Of a stretch of DNA of 64,000 bases, positions 59,071-64,000 are shown piece after piece; position 1 is the stretch's first letter; every line of letters begins with the position of its first letter. This stretch comes from an uncultured Verrucomicrobia subdivision 3 bacterium (GTDB lineage: Bacteria > Verrucomicrobiota > Verrucomicrobiia > Limisphaerales > UBA11358). The translations under genes and the position numbers were made by a program. Under the pieces are notes generated by a model, which searched no databases, was not told the DNA's origin, and worked only from the letters and a program-made list of their open reading frames with translations. The stretch spans positions 5,274 through 69,273 of the forward strand of contig CAISYZ010000089.1 in NCBI GenBank assembly GCA_903889895.1, read 5' to 3'.

Positions 59071-61755
59071 TTATTTAGTGGCGGGAGTGTGTGTTTTTCG
59101 CTTCAGAAAAACAAGCAAACCTGCTAGGGCGGCAGCCGTGAACAAGCCGGCGAGAGTGACATAAAACGGCCGGTTGGGCAGGGTGAAATCGAATTTAACG
59201 AGGTGACGTCCGGGCGGCACCTGCACGCCGCGCATAAGGTAGTTGCAGCGCAGCAGTCCCGCTGGCTGGTCATCCACCGTGACGTGCCAGCCGGAATCGT
59301 ATTTGTCATTGACTAGCAAAACTGACGGGACGGTGGCATTCGCCTCAAAGACAATTGTCTTCGGCGAGTAGCTTTTGAATTCCACGGTGCCGGTCGCATC
59401 GTTGGTGGCCACGGCGGCCAAGCCGGGTTGGGGCGTGGAAATCAAAACGGTTTTGGCGGGGTCGAATTGCAGGTCGGCCAGGGTTTTCAAATTCGCCTGG
59501 TCATTGGTGTTAACCAGCCAGTTGGCATAAAGTTTTGCACGTGGCAGGGCACCGGTGAATTCAATGAGCGCGTAGCGGCCGTTTTCATTCGGCACGGCGG
59601 TGAGTTCTTCCAACCGTTGTGGCTGAAGGATGCCGGGCTTGGGCACGACTTCGAAACGCTGCACGAAATGAAACCGGTGCTGCACGGGGTCGATCTGCTG
59701 GTTCATCACCTCGAGATAGCCTGCGGGGCCGAGCAGGTAGCGGGTGTTGGATAATTCCCAACGGCGGGCCAAAAGCGGCGCGGAGTCCGCCGTGCCACGC
59801 GGTGAAAGGGCTTCAAGGTAGGACTTTAAATCTTCCGGCATGCGCGGCATCTGGATGATGTCGAGGCACTGGATGTTGTAATAAGGGAAGTGATGCTGCA
59901 TCCATTCGATGCGATAAAGCTGATCGAATAGTTCCATGCCTTCCGGCGCGCGGAAGGGGAGGCCGGCGACGCGGTGTTCATAAGGTTTGTTCCGCAGAAA
60001 ATCCAGAATGGGATTCAGCGAGCCGACCTCGTATTTCTGCTTGTAGTCCCAGTGGACAACATAGGGCAAATCCGCGCGGCTCAAGTCAAACAACATGAAG
60101 CCGCCCAGCAGCAGGCTGCCCAGCCGCACGCGCGAGCCTGAAAAATAACCGGTGATTGTCAACTGCACCAGGAGCAGCGCCACTGCCAGCAGTCCGATGA
60201 ACCAGCCAACTTGGCCGAGACTGAACGCGGCGATTTCCCGCGCGAAATTTTCATCGGGATAACCCACTTTTTGGAGGTAGGTGACGAGGGCGTTTTGCTC
60301 GCTTGCAAAAATCAACCAGCCCAAAACGCTCGCCATAAATACACCCGCGCAACTCACCGTCCATTTGCGCTCAAAGGCGCTGGCGCGTGCCCACCAGGTG
60401 CCGGTAGGTTTGGATTTCGTCTCCGGTTGCCGTTGGCTCAAGGCATGAACGCCATAGGCAAACAAAATCACCAATGCCCAGGTGAAGAAAATTAGGAATT
60501 TGGTGGGGTTTCGTATGGTTGAAAAATAGGGCAGCTTGTAAAGCGTCCCATAAAACATCGGCGCAAACCGTCCCCAGGCAAGCACAAGGGAAATGACCAG
60601 CACAGCCGTGAAAAACCAGATTATCCTTTTTTGCCGGTCGGAATAGGGCGAGTTCTTTTTTCGCATTGATTGGGCAATTGCCCACGCCACCAGCAGACAG
60701 ACGAGAACGCCGCAATAATCTCCACCACCGGTGAAGCGCATAAAGCCTGCCGGCAGTTGCCCCGGCGCGCCGCTGTCAAGGAAACGGTCAAGCGTCGGAT
60801 CCCGGCCGATGCCGCCCCAATAAACGCCGCCTTCGAACCATTTTTGAGCCAAGGGCATCATGTCCTTGGGCGTATCCATTTTGTAGCCAAAGATGCCGGG
60901 GACAAAAATAGTTACCGTTTCGAGCTTGGGTAGACTCCATTGCGTGGCCCAGTCCCAGTGTTGCAACTTGGTTTCGCTGTCCTGCGCGGTTCCGGCGATG
61001 CCCTGGATCTGCGTTCCCACCAGTGAAACGACGGTTTGCGTGGCGATGAATCCAGCAAAGATGGCAATGATTGCGATGCGGCCAAAACCCGCAGCCATCC
61101 GGGTGAACAGCGCCCCTTCATAACTGATGATGGCGTCATAGAATACAAACGCGGCCACAAAGATGCTGAAAATGGCGCCAATGTCCGCCGCTTCCATGAC
61201 ATTGAGGCCGACAGCAAAACCGGCCAGCGCCGTCTTGATCCAACGTTCCAAGCGGGGCGTTGTCGAATCGTTAGAAATCACCAACGCCAGCGCCAGAAAA
61301 ACCATGCTGAACGCATCCAGTTGGCCGGACACCCCCCAACAGGCGGTTGAGAAATAAGCGGAGTTTAAGGCGGTCGCCAATGCGCCCATGGTGCAGGCGA
61401 ACTGGGAAAGTTTGAGCTGATAAAACAAAACCCACGCGCTCATGCCGAGAATCAGTAGAGTGACCGGCGCGAAAAATTTGGCGTAGCCCAGCGGTCCCAA
61501 AATCCACCGGCAAATGCCGTTGATGTCAATCGGCCACGCACCGCCGCCGCCGCCGACGTCATTCAAATCATCCCAGACACCGGAGAAAGCCGCCGGCAAC
61601 TGGCACCAGGCGGCATTTTGCGTGCCCAGCGGACCGTCGTTGGAAAAATGCACATAATCCGGTAGAAAGCTCCGGTAAAACAAGGCGGTCAGGATGACCG
61701 CCAGCAGCAGCAGGATTTTCATCACTGAGGCGCGAGCGGATGTAGCAAAGGGCAT
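59071..61755 (-). CDS. Large polytopic membrane protein, YfhO-like (putative glycan or glycolipid glycosyltransferase)
   Basis: 894 aa (or the start at 61722). It has more than 12 TM segments. The C-terminal periplasmic region plus final TM ('YDSGWHVTVDDQPAGLLRCNYLMRGVQVPPGRHLVKFDF') is typical of YfhO-type proteins. Confidence 0.6.
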   Translation of the reverse strand: MPFATSARASVMKILLLLAVILTALFYRSFLPDYVHFSNDGPLGTQNAAWCQLPAAFSGVWDDLNDVGGGGGAWPIDINGICRWILGPLGYAKFFAPVTLLILGMSAWVLFYQLKLSQFACTMGALATALNSAYFSTACWGVSGQLDAFSMVFLALALVISNDSTTPRLERWIKTALAGFAVGLNVMEAADIGAIFSIFVAAFVFYDAIISYEGALFTRMAAGFGRIAIIAIFAGFIATQTVVSLVGTQIQGIAGTAQDSETKLQHWDWATQWSLPKLETVTIFVPGIFGYKMDTPKDMMPLAQKWFEGGVYWGGIGRDPTLDRFLDSGAPGQLPAGFMRFTGGGDYCGVLVCLLVAWAIAQSMRKKNSPYSDRQKRIIWFFTAVLVISLVLAWGRFAPMFYGTLYKLPYFSTIRNPTKFLIFFTWALVILFAYGVHALSQRQPETKSKPTGTWWARASAFERKWTVSCAGVFMASVLGWLIFASEQNALVTYLQKVGYPDENFAREIAAFSLGQVGWFIGLLAVALLLVQLTITGYFSGSRVRLGSLLLGGFMLFDLSRADLPYVVHWDYKQKYEVGSLNPILDFLRNKPYEHRVAGLPFRAPEGMELFDQLYRIEWMQHHFPYYNIQCLDIIQMPRMPEDLKSYLEALSPRGTADSAPLLARRWELSNTRYLLGPAGYLEVMNQQIDPVQHRFHFVQRFEVVPKPGILQPQRLEELTAVPNENGRYALIEFTGALPRAKLYANWLVNTNDQANLKTLADLQFDPAKTVLISTPQPGLAAVATNDATGTVEFKSYSPKTIVFEANATVPSVLLVNDKYDSGWHVTVDDQPAGLLRCNYLMRGVQVPPGRHLVKFDFTLPNRPFYVTLAGLFTAAALAGLLVFLKRKTHTPATK

Positions 61756-61986
61756 AGTAAAAGTTTCTGAAAAAAAGTGTCTGCGTTATTGTCTTTAATG
61801 TGGCCCACTATTTCCTATGACCCGCCGTTAGCGTATCTGTTCAAAAGCGCTCGGCCGCAGCCTTTAAAATAAAAGTGGCTGGATAATTTGGACGAAAACG
61901 GAAAATCCGCAATCCTTTTGCGCCTGCCGGCCACATTTTCCTTTTCGCCAGCGGCGCTATCGGCTTAAATCCGCGTTCCATTCATA

Positions 61987-62712
61987 ATGAAAAGCCATGA
62001 GATTCAACTGCTGTTGAGCGAAAGTAATAAGGATTGGGTGCTGGCCAATCCGGGCACCGTCAGCCCGCGAATCGTCAAAGCCCGGCAGATTTTTTCGCGG
62101 ATGAATCCCGGGCAGGTCATATTGGACGTGGGCTGTGCCGACGGCGGCATCCTCAAACCGTTGGTGGGTCCCCACGAAATTCACGGGGTCGAGATTACGC
62201 CTTGGTTGGTTGAATTGGCGCTTAAAAATGGTGTGAAGGCTGTCCGCCACAACATCGAGGCCGAGCCGTTGCCATATGCAAACGCACGTTTTGACGCCGT
62301 TTTTTGCGGCGAAACCATTGAGCATCAGGTGGACACCGACTGGCTGATGTTCGAGATTAACCGCGTGCTCAAACCCGGTGGCAAACTCGTGTTGACCTTT
62401 CCCAATATCCGCACTTTATTGGGTTTGGCCATGATGCTGTTCTTTGATCTGCCGCCGATGTATGCCGCGCGCTACCGTTCGGCGCATTTCCGTGATTTCA
62501 CCCTGCGCCTCATCAAGGTGGTGCTCGCGGCGCACGGTTTCCGGGTGGAACGCACACAGGGCAGCGCGTTTTATCTGCCCAAGCTGAACGAATTCTGGTC
62601 GCCCGTTGCCACCTATTTTCCCTCCTGGTCGCACACGGTCATTGTTGAGGCAGTCAAGGAATCAGAATCTGTTTATTCCAAGGAATCCGTGCTGCCCGTG
62701 CGGCTCTACTGA
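61987..62712 (+). CDS. Class I SAM-dependent methyltransferase
   Basis: 241 aa, with 'ILDVGCADGG' and 'FDAVFCGETIEH...LKPGGKLVLTFPN'. Confidence 0.8.
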   Translation: MKSHEIQLLLSESNKDWVLANPGTVSPRIVKARQIFSRMNPGQVILDVGCADGGILKPLVGPHEIHGVEITPWLVELALKNGVKAVRHNIEAEPLPYANARFDAVFCGETIEHQVDTDWLMFEINRVLKPGGKLVLTFPNIRTLLGLAMMLFFDLPPMYAARYRSAHFRDFTLRLIKVVLAAHGFRVERTQGSAFYLPKLNEFWSPVATYFPSWSHTVIVEAVKESESVYSKESVLPVRLY

Positions 62713-62713
62713 C

Positions 62714-63583
62714 ATGGGAATTGACATCAATTCTGCAAAGTTCCTGGTTTCGACGCGTAAACGCGGCGTAAATTTCGGAGATGTTCTGATGATTGGTCGT
62801 CAGGACTTGAACGTCTATCCCGCCAAAATGCGCGGATTGCTGGCTGCGGCTGGTTACTCCGGCGAGCTTTTCGCGCCCGGCGCAGCGGACAGCGGATTTG
62901 GTGAGCCGGTCTTCAAAGCTTTGGGAGCGCGAAGTATTTCCTCGCTGGACGCCTCTGCCTTTGAAGGCGCGGAATATGTCCACGACCTCAACCAGCCGGT
63001 TGACGGCCAGCTCAAGCAGAAATTCGACTTCGTGTTCGATGGCGGCACTCTGGAACACGTATTCAATTTCCCGGTGGCGTTGCAAAACTGCATGGAAATG
63101 CTGCGTCCCGGCGGTAGCTTTATCACCCACACCTGTGCAAACAACTGGTGCGGCCACGGCTTCTACCAGTTCAGCCCGGAACTTTTTTACAATGTTTTGA
63201 GCGCGGAGAACGGCTTTGTCGTCGAGCGTATGATTCTTCACGTCGTCGGCCCTTACAACCGCTGGTATGAAGTCGCCAGCCCGCAGTCCATTCGGTCGCG
63301 CGTGGAGCTCTTCAACAGTTTCCCGTTGCAGCTTTTGGTTCACGCTCGGCGCACGCAAGTCGTCCCGCTCTTCGCCAAAACCCCGCAGCAGGGCGATTAC
63401 ACGGTGCGCTGGGCCGGGCAAAAGGCCGGCGAAGGCAAGGCGCTCGCGGCCACGCGCCCCGCGCTTGCCAAGGTGTTACCCGGCGTGGCTCGGCTGGGCA
63501 ACGTGCTCAAGAACGGCTGGGCCATGTGGCACGGCAACTCACTCGGCAACCGGAAAAAATTCCGGCCCGTCTCTAAAGATTGA
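62714..63583 (+). CDS. Methyltransferase-like protein
   Basis: The ATG at 62714 lies 1 nt after the upstream stop. 'FDFVFDGGTLEHVFNFPVALQNCMEMLRPGGSFI' is present. Confidence 0.55.
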   Translation: MGIDINSAKFLVSTRKRGVNFGDVLMIGRQDLNVYPAKMRGLLAAAGYSGELFAPGAADSGFGEPVFKALGARSISSLDASAFEGAEYVHDLNQPVDGQLKQKFDFVFDGGTLEHVFNFPVALQNCMEMLRPGGSFITHTCANNWCGHGFYQFSPELFYNVLSAENGFVVERMILHVVGPYNRWYEVASPQSIRSRVELFNSFPLQLLVHARRTQVVPLFAKTPQQGDYTVRWAGQKAGEGKALAATRPALAKVLPGVARLGNVLKNGWAMWHGNSLGNRKKFRPVSKD

Positions 63584-63639
63584 CCTTCAAGGATTAATTT
63601 TCCCATGCATCACGGCCACCAAATTGTCGCCGGTTTGAA

Positions 63640-64000
63640 ATGAGCGAAAAGCGTTCAGCCATTGTCACCGTGGCGTTCGGTCACTCCACCGAACATCTTG
63701 ACCACACGTTCTCCAGCTTTGCCATCAACCGTGGCGTGCCGCTGCACGCGTTCATCATCGGCACGGAGTTGCCGAAGCGACGGCTGGAAAACATTGAATA
63801 TCACCTCGTCGCGCCCGTGCCGGATTTTTCGCATCCGCTCCGCGAAATCTATTTCCGCCGGCTGGAACTCATTGACCGGCTCGACGTGGATTTTGCGCTG
63901 ACGGTGGATTCCTACGATGTGCTGTGCCTCCAGCCGCTGCCGCCGTTTGAAAACCTGCTGGGCGACGCCGATGTGGCCGCGTGCGTAGAGCATCAGGGCA
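63640..64000 (+). CDS. Partial CDS running off the window (putative glycosyltransferase-like protein)
   Basis: The frame is open from the ATG at 63640 to the window end, with GC3-rich codon usage. 'AIVTVAFGHS...' and 'LTVDSYDVLCLQPLPP' are present. This ORF is not in the supplied track because it has no stop. Confidence 0.4.
   Translation, partial: MSEKRSAIVTVAFGHSTEHLDHTFSSFAINRGVPLHAFIIGTELPKRRLENIEYHLVAPVPDFSHPLREIYFRRLELIDRLDVDFALTVDSYDVLCLQPLPPFENLLGDADVAACVEHQG

Overview
This is a high-GC bacterial chromosomal window (roughly 60% by eye, not computed). It is densely coding on both strands, with about 55 supportable protein genes. I saw no rRNA, tRNA, CRISPR array, transposase or integrase. 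The gene content suggests a PVC or Verrucomicrobia-like organism: many secreted glycoside hydrolases, a beta-propeller-phosphoesterase fusion, prepilin-like small proteins and weak Shine-Dalgarno usage. That placement is inference only.

Layout:
- 0-7 kb: envelope genes (beta-helix protein, deoxyhypusine-synthase-like gene, hldD, acyltransferase-3, beta-propeller/phosphoesterase fusion).
- 7-12.4 kb: ROK kinase, argJ, a methyltransferase, argC, rpsI and rplM.
- 12.4-23.4 kb: a membrane protein, an APC permease, and a TetR-headed double efflux operon (MFP-RND followed by HlyD-MFS).
- 23.4-34.7 kb: phosphomannomutase, GH2, MsrB, a GH79-like enzyme, RecQ, GH28 and a pectate lyase.
- 34.7-36.5 kb: a stand-alone C-terminal half of carB.
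- 36.5-38.7 kb: a small, AT-richer accessory island.
- 38.8-49.6 kb: SNF2 helicase, asd, ExbB/ExbD/TonB-like genes, Nif3, a TPR protein and LhgO.
- 49.6-64 kb: a long minus-strand glycan-biosynthesis cluster.

The accessory island is my best candidate for something undescribed. It is built from repeated modules. A ~115-120 bp repeat occurs twice in the island, and a third partial copy lies 30 kb away at 6.6 kb. A duplicated 3' part of a winged-HTH gene is present. Two unrelated small membrane or exported ORFs are each bounded by inverted copies of a GTGGCCTAAC motif.

The glycan cluster is the second candidate system. It combines a ColD/E1-type 3-dehydratase, a minimal split TPP E1alpha/beta-like pair, a B12-radical-SAM enzyme, a GHMP kinase, a nucleotidyltransferase, a Nudix hydrolase, SDRs, a YfhO-like membrane protein and methyltransferases. 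It looks like a pathway for a branched or C-methylated 3,6-dideoxy (possibly heptose-derived) sugar.

All homology calls come from motif recognition by eye. No database search was run.
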